From positions 128,001 through 192,000 of the forward strand of contig JBFWNU010000005.1 of the NCBI GenBank assembly GCA_050250895.1: a DNA stretch of 64,000 nucleotides. The letters are read 5' to 3'. Below are positions 9,937-19,238 of this stretch, one piece after another (position 1 is the first letter of the stretch; every line of letters starts with the position of its first letter). The DNA comes from Vulcanimicrobiota bacterium (GTDB taxonomy: Bacteria; Vulcanimicrobiota; Xenobia; Xenobiales; JADMJV01). Under the pieces are notes generated by a model, which saw nothing but the letters and a program-made list of their open reading frames with translations, searched no databases and was not told where the DNA came from. Both the position numbers and the translations under genes were made by a program.

Positions 9937-11201
9937 GCGAAGTGAAAATCCCCCCGGCCGTGGCCACCCATATCCTGGCCCGCATGGGCGAGGCCGGCCA
10001 GCCCCCCGAACAGGGGATCCGTTGGGTCAACGTAGGCAACGAGAGCTATCTGCATGTGCTCGAGACCGAGTATCTCGACCGCCTGCTGGAAGGCACGCGC
10101 GGCTCGGCCTTCAAGCTGGTGCAGGGCTATTACGGCGGCGGCAAGACCCACTTTCTTCATTGCGTGCGCGACATCGCCTGGAGCCGGCGCTTTCTGACTT
10201 CGCTGGTGAGCCTGTCGCCTCAGGAATGCCCTTACGAGGACCCGCTCAAGGTCTATCGAGCGGTGGCCGGCCATCTGGCCTCGCCCCCAGCGGCGCCGGG
10301 CCTCGAGCCGACTCGGGGGCTGCCCGACTTGCTGCGGGACTTCTATGAAGAACTCGAAGAGCGCCAGGGCAAAGAAGAGGTTCCCAAATGGATCCGGCGC
10401 ACCGGCATGCGGATCAGCGTCGACAATCATAGCTTCCGTCGGGCCGCGGCCGAGTTCGTGCGCTGCCTGGCCGAAGAGGACCGCGAGGGTGAGGCTGTGC
10501 TGGAGGCCTGGTTACGGGCCGATCAGGTGCCGCGCTCGGACCTGCGTCGCTTCGGTATCTACGAGACCATCGGCAGTGCCAACGCTTTTGCCACCCTGCG
10601 CTCGCTGTGCCAGTTGCTGGTGGGCTATGGCTATCCGGGGCTGGTGATGATGTTCGACGAGGTCGACCGCAACCTGTCCATGTCGGCCCGCAAGATTCAG
10701 GCTCTGGGCGACAACCTGCGCCAGGTCATCGACCTGTGCGGCGCTTCTCAGTTGCCGGGCGTGCTCTTTCTTTATGCTGTTCCCCCCGAGTTTTTGCGCC
10801 TGGTGGTGCCGGAGTATCCCGCTCTCGATCAGCGTCTGGCCAGCCCCTTACCCATGTCGCTGCGCAGCCCGCAATCGCCGCTCATCGACCTGGAAAATCT
10901 CGACCTTGCTCCCGAAGAGTTGCTGGCCTCCATCGGGGCCAAGCTCTACGAGGTGTTTCGCGTGGCCGAGAAGTGGACCTCTACCGAAGCCATCCAGCAC
11001 GGTAATCTGCAGACTCTGGCCCGGGCCTGCGCGCGCTTTTCGTTCGAGGTCGGCCATCGCCGCCTGTTCGTCAAGAGCTGGATCACCTTTCTGTATCAGC
11101 AGAAGGTCGGCGGAGAATCGTGGCTGAGCGACGAGGCGGCCGAATCGCTCATCTCGTCTGGCTATGCGCCGGCCGGAGGCGACGATTTCTTCGATGTCTG
11201 A
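9933..11201 (+). CDS. DUF2791/BrxD-family P-loop ATPase
   Basis: GQPP..G..VNVG N-terminal motif, Walker A GYYGGGKTH, Walker B VMMFDE. Confidence 0.8.
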   Translation: MSEVKIPPAVATHILARMGEAGQPPEQGIRWVNVGNESYLHVLETEYLDRLLEGTRGSAFKLVQGYYGGGKTHFLHCVRDIAWSRRFLTSLVSLSPQECPYEDPLKVYRAVAGHLASPPAAPGLEPTRGLPDLLRDFYEELEERQGKEEVPKWIRRTGMRISVDNHSFRRAAAEFVRCLAEEDREGEAVLEAWLRADQVPRSDLRRFGIYETIGSANAFATLRSLCQLLVGYGYPGLVMMFDEVDRNLSMSARKIQALGDNLRQVIDLCGASQLPGVLFLYAVPPEFLRLVVPEYPALDQRLASPLPMSLRSPQSPLIDLENLDLAPEELLASIGAKLYEVFRVAEKWTSTEAIQHGNLQTLARACARFSFEVGHRRLFVKSWITFLYQQKVGGESWLSDEAAESLISSGYAPAGGDDFFDV

Positions 11202-12603
11202 GGTCACCCATCCGACCCACGGTCGCGGCAAAGTGCTGCGCTCGTTGCGTGGCGGGCGGTACTATCTGGTGCGCTTCGAGGGCCAGTCGGCCCCCTGGCA
11301 GGTGCGCGAGAGCGAGTTGACCTGGGACCAGTCGCGCATCGAGACCAGCCCCCGGGCCACCGCCACCAGGCCGAAGGGGGCCCGCCAAGAGCCCACCCTC
11401 AAAACCCTCGAGGCTTTACGTCTGGGAGTGGTGCCCTCCGAAGGGGTCGAGGTCTATACCGTGGGGCGCGACGTCGAGTTGGCTATGGTTCGCTCGGACC
11501 TGGACGCGGCCGAACGTCAGGGGGCGGCCCGAGTCATTCTGGGCGATTACGGCACCGGCAAGACCCATCTGCTGGAAGTGATCGAGTCGATGGCTCTCGA
11601 GCGCAATTTCGTGGTCAGCCGCCTCGTGCTCGATAACGAAGAGGTCTCGCCCAGTCATCCCAAGCGAGTCTACCGTTCTCTGGTTCAAGGCCTGACCTAT
11701 CCGGATCGACTGGGCCGTCGGGGTCTAGCCCCGCTGCTTGAGCAGGTGCAAGCCAAAGTGCCCGATAGTTTCTTCGATCCCGTTCACCCCAGCTATCATC
11801 GTTATCTGTCACCGTTTCTGGCCTATTATCGTGAACTGGAAGGCGAGCCCGAACAGCGGGCCGTGTTGGAAGAGGCCATGGACTTTATCGAGGGCCATCC
11901 CAGCCTCTCCAACGTCGAACTCGAGCGAGAACTGCGCCGGGCCACGCGATTGCGCGGGCATCGGCTCTTTGCCCTGATGGATTATCGGCCCTGGGCCCAC
12001 CTCTATACCTACCTGGTGGGAGGCATCAGCTACCTGATTCAACAGGCGGGTTATCGCGGGTTGGCCATCCTTTTCGACGAGGCCGAGTTTTACGCGTTGC
12101 TTTCGAGCGCTGGTCGCGAATTTGCCGACCTGCTGTTCGGTTACTATTCGGCGGCCGCGCTGGGGCCCGACAAGGTTCGCTTCGATCTCGAGTCGGCCCC
12201 TCGCGGTGGCCACGCCGTGCACCGCAGCTTTCCCCCGCTCTATCGAGAGGCGCAACACCTCTATTGCGTCTTCGCCATGACCGATGACCCCAAGGGATTG
12301 GCCGCCCTCGAGCGCATCCTCGAGCCCGACCGATTTGCCTGCTTGAGTCCACTGCGGCTGCAAGATTATCAAGAACTCTGCCGCCGGGTCATCGAACTTT
12401 ATCAGGTGGCCTATCCCGACCTCGAAGTGGGCTCGCTGGTGCAAAATCCCATGGGCGAGGTGGTCTATCAGGGCGTGCAGACGGGGGCCTTCGAGAATCC
12501 CCGCCAGGTGCTCAAGTTCGTGATGGAGCTGCTGGACTTCTCGCGCCTGCGCCGAGACCAGATCCCTGCCTACGTCAAGGAGGTGTTGTCCTATTTGCGC
12601 TAA
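11194..12603 (+). CDS. DUF2791/BrxD-family P-loop ATPase with N-terminal SH3/Tudor-like domain
   Basis: VTHPTHGRGKV..YLVRF N-terminus; LRLGVVP..TVGR; GDYGTGKTH; AILFDEAE. Confidence 0.8.
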   Translation: MSEVTHPTHGRGKVLRSLRGGRYYLVRFEGQSAPWQVRESELTWDQSRIETSPRATATRPKGARQEPTLKTLEALRLGVVPSEGVEVYTVGRDVELAMVRSDLDAAERQGAARVILGDYGTGKTHLLEVIESMALERNFVVSRLVLDNEEVSPSHPKRVYRSLVQGLTYPDRLGRRGLAPLLEQVQAKVPDSFFDPVHPSYHRYLSPFLAYYRELEGEPEQRAVLEEAMDFIEGHPSLSNVELERELRRATRLRGHRLFALMDYRPWAHLYTYLVGGISYLIQQAGYRGLAILFDEAEFYALLSSAGREFADLLFGYYSAAALGPDKVRFDLESAPRGGHAVHRSFPPLYREAQHLYCVFAMTDDPKGLAALERILEPDRFACLSPLRLQDYQELCRRVIELYQVAYPDLEVGSLVQNPMGEVVYQGVQTGAFENPRQVLKFVMELLDFSRLRRDQIPAYVKEVLSYLR

Positions 12604-12604
12604 A

Positions 12605-12997
12605 GTGCTGGCGCTGGTCGACGACGACCCTACCTATCCGATGCTCTTTCGTCGGGCCGTCAAGCTAGAACAGCTCGACCTCGAACTCCAGGTTTTCACC
12701 GACGCCGAGGCGGCCGATACCTATTTCGCCGGCGGCGGTCCGGCGGCCGTGCTGGTGCTCGACCTCAACCTGCCGGGGATGTCGGGGCTGGAGTTGCTCA
12801 AGCGGTTGCGCGGTCGCGGCCAGACCCGACGTTTGCCCATCATCCTTCACAGCTATAGCAAAGAGCCCGAGAATGTGGCCGAATCCTATCACGGCGGGGC
12901 CAATGGATATATCGTCAAGCCTCAGGGACTGCCCGATTTACGGCGCCTGGTCCGGGCCCTTCACGACCACTGGTTGGTGTTCAACGAGGTCGAGTAA
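12605..12997 (+). CDS. Single-domain response regulator (CheY/Rcp1-like)
   Basis: LVDDD, LDLNLPGMSG, GANGYIVKP. Confidence 0.9.
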   Translation: MLALVDDDPTYPMLFRRAVKLEQLDLELQVFTDAEAADTYFAGGGPAAVLVLDLNLPGMSGLELLKRLRGRGQTRRLPIILHSYSKEPENVAESYHGGANGYIVKPQGLPDLRRLVRALHDHWLVFNEVE

Positions 12998-13167
12998 CGG
13001 GAGAACTTTGCCGGTTCGCGAAGCGTCCAGGTAGGCCGGCAGAGCCCAAGAACCTGGCAGAAACCTGACCAGAACAGCGTTCGCAAGACGCTCTCGGATA
13101 GAGGTAGACCAGGTGTTCGTGAGGAATTAGGGCTTGAATTTTTTAGGCACCGGCGGCAGCTCGAACG

Positions 13168-16100
13168 ATGTCCACCAAGAAAATAACGGGCCTCCCGGTT
13201 CCGGACCTTCCCAAAGAAGCTCCTGAGGAACTTGAGATTCTCCATGCCGCAATGCGTGACTACCTCAACGAGGGCGACGCCGAGGCGGCCTGCCGGGTTC
13301 TGCAAGAATCCTTTGACTTCTTGACCCGTTACTACTCGTCCCTGAGTTATTCGGCTGCCGTGGCGCTCGGAGTTAGCAATCCCGCCCTCGACGAGCTGGG
13401 CAAGACAGCCAGGACCTTTGACGAGATCGAAGAGTTGCTCAAGCGGTCGCTCGAGGCTCTGGGCGAGAAGGCTACCGAAGAGTTGCCCAAAGCGCTCAGG
13501 ACCGTTTTCTATGTCGGCAGCACGCGCCAGGACCCCACCCCCCGGCGCCACTCGCGTCTGTTGCAGCTCTCGGGCATTCCCATCCGGGGTTATCGGCTGC
13601 TGGGTGAGTGGTGCGGCCTCCAAGCGGGGGTCGGAGACTTGCAAGGCAGCGGTAAGTGTTCGCGCGAGATGCGCCGCTATCTGCCCATTCTCAAAGAGTG
13701 GATCACGGCGGCCGCCAACTACTTTCGTGACGCCATCCATCGTGGCCATGTCTCGGCGGACGGTACGGCTCTCGAACTAACCGTCAAGCTCGAGGGGTAT
13801 ACCCTGAGCACCGGCGGCCTGCTGACCATCCCCGTGTGGCTGGCCGAGCAGTCGGCCCGGCTGCCCAGTCGAGGCTTTGCCTCGGCCAGTCAGCCCGAGC
13901 CAGAACCGCCGGCCGAAGCACCGGTCGCCGAGCCGGTTGAACCGGCCGCCGAGCCGGCTGAAGAACCCCCCGAAGAAACGGTCGAGCCGGCCGAGGAAGC
14001 CGTGGCCGAGGCGCCGGTGCCCGAAGTCACCGCCGTCCCTGAGCCTGCTGACGAGCCGGCGATCCAGGCCGAGCCGGTGGCAATGGCCGAGCCCGAGCAA
14101 GCAGCCGAGCCCGAGTCTGCCGTAGTCGTCGAGGTCGAGGAAGAGGCGGTCGAGCCAGAGCCCGAAGCGCCCAGGACGGCAGACCCCCCGGCTGCCCAGC
14201 CTGACGAAAAGATCGAAGAAACTCCCGAACCGGTGACCGAGGCCGGCTCCCCCGAACCGGTCCAGGCCCCCGAGCCCCCGCCGGTCGAGCCCGAGAAGGT
14301 GTCCCCTCGGGCCGAGCCCGCCAGCGAAGAGCCTCGCGAGCCGGTGCTGGCCGCCGTGCCCACCTCTAAACTCGAGCTTTCGGCCGAGCAGGCCGAGGCG
14401 CTGGCCGCCAAAGCGGACCCCGCTCCTCAATCGGTTCAGTCGCACGTCGAGCCCGAGAAGGCTGAGCCAGAGAAAGAGCCAAAAACCGAGGTGGCGGCCG
14501 AAAAGCCGGCCGTGCCTGAAGTCAAGCTCGAGTCCCCCGAGCCCGAGAGCAAACCGGTGGTGCCGGTGACCGCTCCTTTAGGGACGCCCACCACCCCGCT
14601 GGGCCAGGCCACGGTGGGAGGAGCGCCCGTTCCCACCCCCCGGCCCATCGGCCCCAAGCCCGAGGACCCGGTGCTGGCGGCTCTGTGGGCGGTCGAGTCA
14701 GGGGTGGACCTCGAAGACCTCGAGCCCGACGTGCCCGAGCGGTTCGACGAGGTGCTGGTCGATGCCGACTTTCCCGAGCCGCTGGCCAACGCCCTCAACG
14801 ACCTCAACGAGGCCATCGAGGCCAATGACTCTCTACTGATTTTCGGTCAGCTCCAACGTAGCCTCGACTTGATGCTGCAGTACTTCGCCGGTCTAACTTG
14901 TGCCCTGATGCAAGAGATCGATCCCGAAGCCCTCGAGGATATCGACCTCGAGGCGCGACCCGACCTGGCCGAGAACGTCGAGATGTTGGGCACCGCCCTG
15001 TCTTCGCTCGAGTCCCATTGGGAGACCAACGACGCCGCCACCCTGCTATGGTCGGTCTTCTACGATGTCACCCTCTCGGCCGGCGACCCTGAATGGGCCT
15101 ATCTGCATACCCGCCTGCTCGGAGTCGAGGGGGCTCCCCCCGGCAAGTACAGGGAGATTTCAGAGTTTTGCGGGCAAAAGCCCGGCCAGGACGCCGAGGG
15201 GGCAGCCGAGGCCCGTATCGAGATCGCCCGCTATCTGCCGGTGCTCTCCTTCTGGCTCGAGAATGCTACCCCGCTGTTTCTCGAGAGCGAGGTCGACTTC
15301 ATCGAAGAAGACGACGGTAAGGCACTCAGCTGGGCCGCCACGCTGGTGGGTGAGGCTCTCGACGGCAGCCTGAGTTCGCTGTGGCTCGAGGTGGATCCCG
15401 AGCGATTCGATCTGCCCAGCCCCGAGCGGATCCCGGTCACCATCCCGGCCGAGTGCCCCGATGTGCTCGAGGTGCTGCTCAACGAACTCAACGAGACTCT
15501 CGAGAAGGGCGAACTCGAGAAGGTCGCCACTTACACCCGCAACGCCCTCGACTTTTTGCTGCAGTATTTTGCGGGTTGTGCTGGCTCGGCCTGGCAGCAA
15601 GAGGGGCGGATGACTCCCGAGGCCGCCAAGCTCTTCAGCGGGGACGCCAGCCTGGATGAAAAGCAGCGCTTGCTGGTGTTGGGGTTGGGTTCGCTGGGCA
15701 CCACCAGTGTCATCGGCAAGGGTTTGGCCAAGACCTTTCCTCGCTCGAGTCTGCACTTCAAGCAGCTAGCTTCCCGCTCGGCTCCTAAAGGTACGCAAAC
15801 CGTCGCCGACTGGGGCCTCAGTCGCGAGCCCGAGAGCGAAGAGAACATTTACCACTACCTGGGCGTGTTACGCTCCTGGTTGGTGATGGCGGCTCCCTGG
15901 TTCCTCTCGGGCGAGCAACTCTTCGAAGAACCCTCCGACAAGGGCGTGCTAGAGGGGGTCGTCGTCTTCAAGACCTTCTATCTCGAACTGGTCGAGCCAG
16001 AGTATTCGATGCGGCTACCACCCGAGCTACTTTCGCTGGTGGCGCTCCAACCCGCTTCCCAACCGGCCTCCGACGATGTCGTGCACCCCGGCCCCGCGCC

Positions 16101-18183
16101 CGCCCCGGCCTTGGACAAGGCCGGCCTCGAAGTCTTCGTGCCCAAGGGAGCGCCCGAGATTCTCGAGGGTCACCTGCAACGACTGGCGGACTCCCTCGAC
16201 GACCGACCGGCCGCCTGCGCCTGGATCGGCGCCTCGTTCGAGTATCTGATCCAGTATTTCGCCGGGCTGCTGGCCTCCATTTCGCTCGATAGCCTTTCGC
16301 CGGCCGTCAAAGGGTTCATGAGCCCTGACGCCAGTTTACGTGAGCGCGAGCGGCTGCTGGTCGAGGCAGCCACGCTGGTGAGGCGCGACGCCTCCAGTGA
16401 CTTCCGTCGAATCCTCAAAGACCTCTTCTGGGATGGGCAGCGAAACGACGCTCCGCGTCTTCACACTCAGCTGTTGGGTGTCGACGGCCAATTGGAAGAG
16501 GGCGACACGCTCTTGTCTTACTGGTGCCGTTTGCGCCACGAGGAAGAAGACATCACCGACGCCGAGTTGCGTCAATTCATTCCCGTGCTCAACAGCTGGA
16601 CCGAGGCCGCGGAAGCCTACTTCGAGGGCTGCGAGCACTACGCCGAGGATCCCGGCCCCGAAGGTCAGGAAGAGGTGGTCGTCGTCCACGGCGACGAGTA
16701 CATCGAACTGGTGCTGCCCGACTACTGCATCCAGGTTCCGGCCCGCGGCTACTATGAGATTCTCTATCGCGAGGATGATGACGACGTGCGCCGCGAGGCG
16801 CTGGGGATGCTGCCCGGCGGCTATGTAGAGGAAGCCGTCGAAGAGGATGTCTTCAGCGGACCCGCTCCAGTCGATACGGGCGAATTGATGGGCGGCGCTA
16901 CCGACTTTATGGGCGCGCCCACCGAGTTGCTCGGCGGGGCTACCGAACTGCTCGGCGCGGCTGAATTCGGAGCCCCCACGGCCGAGGTCGACGACGACCT
17001 GTTCAAGACCCCCAGCTTCGAGACCAAAAGCCTTGGGCCCGCCCCGGTGCCCCAGCCTCGTCCGGTTCGGCCGCTGACCCCCGTCTCGCTCGAGCCGGTG
17101 CGCCCGGTCGAAGAGCGCGAAGAAGAAAAGCCCGACAAGAAGAAGGACAAGACCAAAGACAAGCCGGGCAAAGAGAAGGCCGACAAGAAAAAGGCCAGGA
17201 AAGCGAAAGCCGGAGCCGCCGTCCTCGAACTCTACAAGAAAGAGCGACTGGAGAAGGCCCGTAAACGCGCCGAGGCCCGCGCTCGCAAAGCCAGCGAGGA
17301 GCCGCCTCGCATGTTCGTGTCCATCTCTTATCGTGGCCTCAAGAACAGTCCCGTGACCGGCACCAATGCCCACGCCGGGACGCTCGAGATGACCAATCAG
17401 GGAGGGGGCGAACTCAAGGGTGCCGTCAAAGGCACCCATCCCTGCATCAGGGTTCAGCCGCGTGCTTTCAAAGGCAATACGGCCCGTGTGCTCTATTTCA
17501 TCGACCCTTCGGATATGCCCAGTTCGGGTAAGGCGGGCCTGGTCATCCAGACCCAGAACGAGAAGCTCGAAATCGCTCTGGAGCAACTGCTTGAGACCTC
17601 ATGGCTGAGCGAGCGACCCACCGCCCAGGCCGGGGCACTGATGTTCTTGCCGGCCGTGGCCGCCTGGTTCTTGTGGCTCTTCGGTTTCATCTTCTTGTTG
17701 GTGCCCAAGCTCGGCGCCGTAGTGACCGAGGCCGGCGGGCTAGACAAAGTCAAAGACCTGCCCACTTCGGCCAGCGGTCTGATGTTGCTCTTTGCCGGCG
17801 TGCTGCTCTTCCCGATGGCGACCCTGGTGCCGGCTCTGCTCAGCAGCCTCTATTCCAAGTTTGGTCCCGAAGAACAGGTCGAACTCAAGCCGGTGCTGCC
17901 GGTGGCCATGCTGGCCCCGACGGTCTTGCTGGCGACTTGCTTCTTCCTGCCCTGGTTCAAAGCCGCATTTCTCCAGAACGCCGTCTTCAATGCGGTCAAT
18001 CTGGCCCGGCAGTTCCCCTTCTTCCTGGCCTTCAACCTGGCCGCGACCGGGTATTGCTGGGCCAACTCGACTGGCCTGCTAGAAACGAAGATACCCGACG
18101 AAGGCAACCGCACGACTCTGGGAGTCGCTCTGGCCGGCTTGAACCTGATCTTGATCTTCGTTCTCGTCTTTCTTTTCCAGTAG
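13168..18183 (+). CDS. Giant membrane-anchored protein with four ~200-aa internal repeats and a Pro/Glu linker
   Basis: 1671-aa ORF; repeated (Q/R)Y(F/Y) and (Y/F)..(V/I)L..W motifs; about four C-terminal hydrophobic helices. Confidence 0.85.
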   Translation: MSTKKITGLPVPDLPKEAPEELEILHAAMRDYLNEGDAEAACRVLQESFDFLTRYYSSLSYSAAVALGVSNPALDELGKTARTFDEIEELLKRSLEALGEKATEELPKALRTVFYVGSTRQDPTPRRHSRLLQLSGIPIRGYRLLGEWCGLQAGVGDLQGSGKCSREMRRYLPILKEWITAAANYFRDAIHRGHVSADGTALELTVKLEGYTLSTGGLLTIPVWLAEQSARLPSRGFASASQPEPEPPAEAPVAEPVEPAAEPAEEPPEETVEPAEEAVAEAPVPEVTAVPEPADEPAIQAEPVAMAEPEQAAEPESAVVVEVEEEAVEPEPEAPRTADPPAAQPDEKIEETPEPVTEAGSPEPVQAPEPPPVEPEKVSPRAEPASEEPREPVLAAVPTSKLELSAEQAEALAAKADPAPQSVQSHVEPEKAEPEKEPKTEVAAEKPAVPEVKLESPEPESKPVVPVTAPLGTPTTPLGQATVGGAPVPTPRPIGPKPEDPVLAALWAVESGVDLEDLEPDVPERFDEVLVDADFPEPLANALNDLNEAIEANDSLLIFGQLQRSLDLMLQYFAGLTCALMQEIDPEALEDIDLEARPDLAENVEMLGTALSSLESHWETNDAATLLWSVFYDVTLSAGDPEWAYLHTRLLGVEGAPPGKYREISEFCGQKPGQDAEGAAEARIEIARYLPVLSFWLENATPLFLESEVDFIEEDDGKALSWAATLVGEALDGSLSSLWLEVDPERFDLPSPERIPVTIPAECPDVLEVLLNELNETLEKGELEKVATYTRNALDFLLQYFAGCAGSAWQQEGRMTPEAAKLFSGDASLDEKQRLLVLGLGSLGTTSVIGKGLAKTFPRSSLHFKQLASRSAPKGTQTVADWGLSREPESEENIYHYLGVLRSWLVMAAPWFLSGEQLFEEPSDKGVLEGVVVFKTFYLELVEPEYSMRLPPELLSLVALQPASQPASDDVVHPGPAPAPALDKAGLEVFVPKGAPEILEGHLQRLADSLDDRPAACAWIGASFEYLIQYFAGLLASISLDSLSPAVKGFMSPDASLRERERLLVEAATLVRRDASSDFRRILKDLFWDGQRNDAPRLHTQLLGVDGQLEEGDTLLSYWCRLRHEEEDITDAELRQFIPVLNSWTEAAEAYFEGCEHYAEDPGPEGQEEVVVVHGDEYIELVLPDYCIQVPARGYYEILYREDDDDVRREALGMLPGGYVEEAVEEDVFSGPAPVDTGELMGGATDFMGAPTELLGGATELLGAAEFGAPTAEVDDDLFKTPSFETKSLGPAPVPQPRPVRPLTPVSLEPVRPVEEREEEKPDKKKDKTKDKPGKEKADKKKARKAKAGAAVLELYKKERLEKARKRAEARARKASEEPPRMFVSISYRGLKNSPVTGTNAHAGTLEMTNQGGGELKGAVKGTHPCIRVQPRAFKGNTARVLYFIDPSDMPSSGKAGLVIQTQNEKLEIALEQLLETSWLSERPTAQAGALMFLPAVAAWFLWLFGFIFLLVPKLGAVVTEAGGLDKVKDLPTSASGLMLLFAGVLLFPMATLVPALLSSLYSKFGPEEQVELKPVLPVAMLAPTVLLATCFFLPWFKAAFLQNAVFNAVNLARQFPFFLAFNLAATGYCWANSTGLLETKIPDEGNRTTLGVALAGLNLILIFVLVFLFQ

Positions 18184-18276
18184 CGCCGCCCGTGGTTGTG
18201 GGGCTCGAGGCTCAATCTGTTGTGGCGATTGATTTTCGCGCGCAGGGGATGAGGGCCTTGACTCGAACCGGGGGCC

Positions 18277-19227
18277 ATGAGTTCCCGCACCTCGATGATG
18301 GATGAATTCGAATCCGTCTTCAAATCTTCGGTTCGGCCTCATGTCGAGATCGAGCCTTTGCGCTTCGAGCGGTTGCTGATGATTCTCGACTGTTATGGGG
18401 CCCAGGAGAAGCGGCAGGCCGTGGTGGCCTGCGCGGCCGATCTGGTGGACCGGCATAAGCAGTTAGAAACCCGAGTGGTGGCCCCCTGCCGGCCCGAGCA
18501 CTCGAGCGAGTCGGCCGAGGGCCTGCTAGCCGAGGCCGTCGCGGTCCTCGCCAGGGTCGGAGGCGACCGGGTGAGCGGCCAGGTGATTGGGGGCTCTCCC
18601 CACCGGGTGATTCTCGACAACGTCAAGGATTTTGCTCCCTCGATGATCCTAATGTCGAGCCTTTTTGGCGAGAACGACGAAGATCTCGAGACCTACACGT
18701 TGGGCTCGGTCACGGACCGCGTTCTTTCTGAGGTGAGCGAGCCGGTTTTGCTGATCGAAGGCAAGGTCGACGATGTGGGCCGCATGTGGAGCGATATCCT
18801 GGTGTACGTCGAGGATCAGAAGACCGCTCACGCCTGCCTGGCCGCCACCCGGACGCTGGCGCTCAAAGAGGCCAATACCCACCTTCTTCACGTCATCGAC
18901 AGCGAGTGGCTCACCCAGATTGGCCGCGCGGTCGAACTGGCTTCCGAACTCGATTCCGGCAAGACCAAGGACGCCATCGTGCGCTCGCTTGAGCGCGACA
19001 TGGAGCACTATCTGACGGCCGCCGCGGAGGCCCTCGAGCGGACCGGTCACCGGGCCGCTACTTTCATCGAGGTGGGCGACCCCATCGATTTGACCCGTCG
19101 CCAGATTTGGGCCGGAGACCATCGGCTCCTGATTTGCAACAGTGTGGCCCCCGACCAGAAGCTGATCGACTCGATCGCTTACAATCTTGCAGCCTATATG
19201 CGGGAAATCCCGCTCTTGCTGGTTTAG
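18277..19227 (+). CDS. Universal stress protein (tandem Usp domains)
   Basis: GSPHRVIL, LGSVTDRVL..PVLLI, GDP, IPLLLV. Confidence 0.8.
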   Translation: MSSRTSMMDEFESVFKSSVRPHVEIEPLRFERLLMILDCYGAQEKRQAVVACAADLVDRHKQLETRVVAPCRPEHSSESAEGLLAEAVAVLARVGGDRVSGQVIGGSPHRVILDNVKDFAPSMILMSSLFGENDEDLETYTLGSVTDRVLSEVSEPVLLIEGKVDDVGRMWSDILVYVEDQKTAHACLAATRTLALKEANTHLLHVIDSEWLTQIGRAVELASELDSGKTKDAIVRSLERDMEHYLTAAAEALERTGHRAATFIEVGDPIDLTRRQIWAGDHRLLICNSVAPDQKLIDSIAYNLAAYMREIPLLLV

Positions 19228-19238
19228 GAGGCCCCCTG

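Noticed and set aside
9073-12603. Complete BREX or Shango system
   Set aside because: No PglX, PglZ, helicase or adjacent TerB-domain gene.
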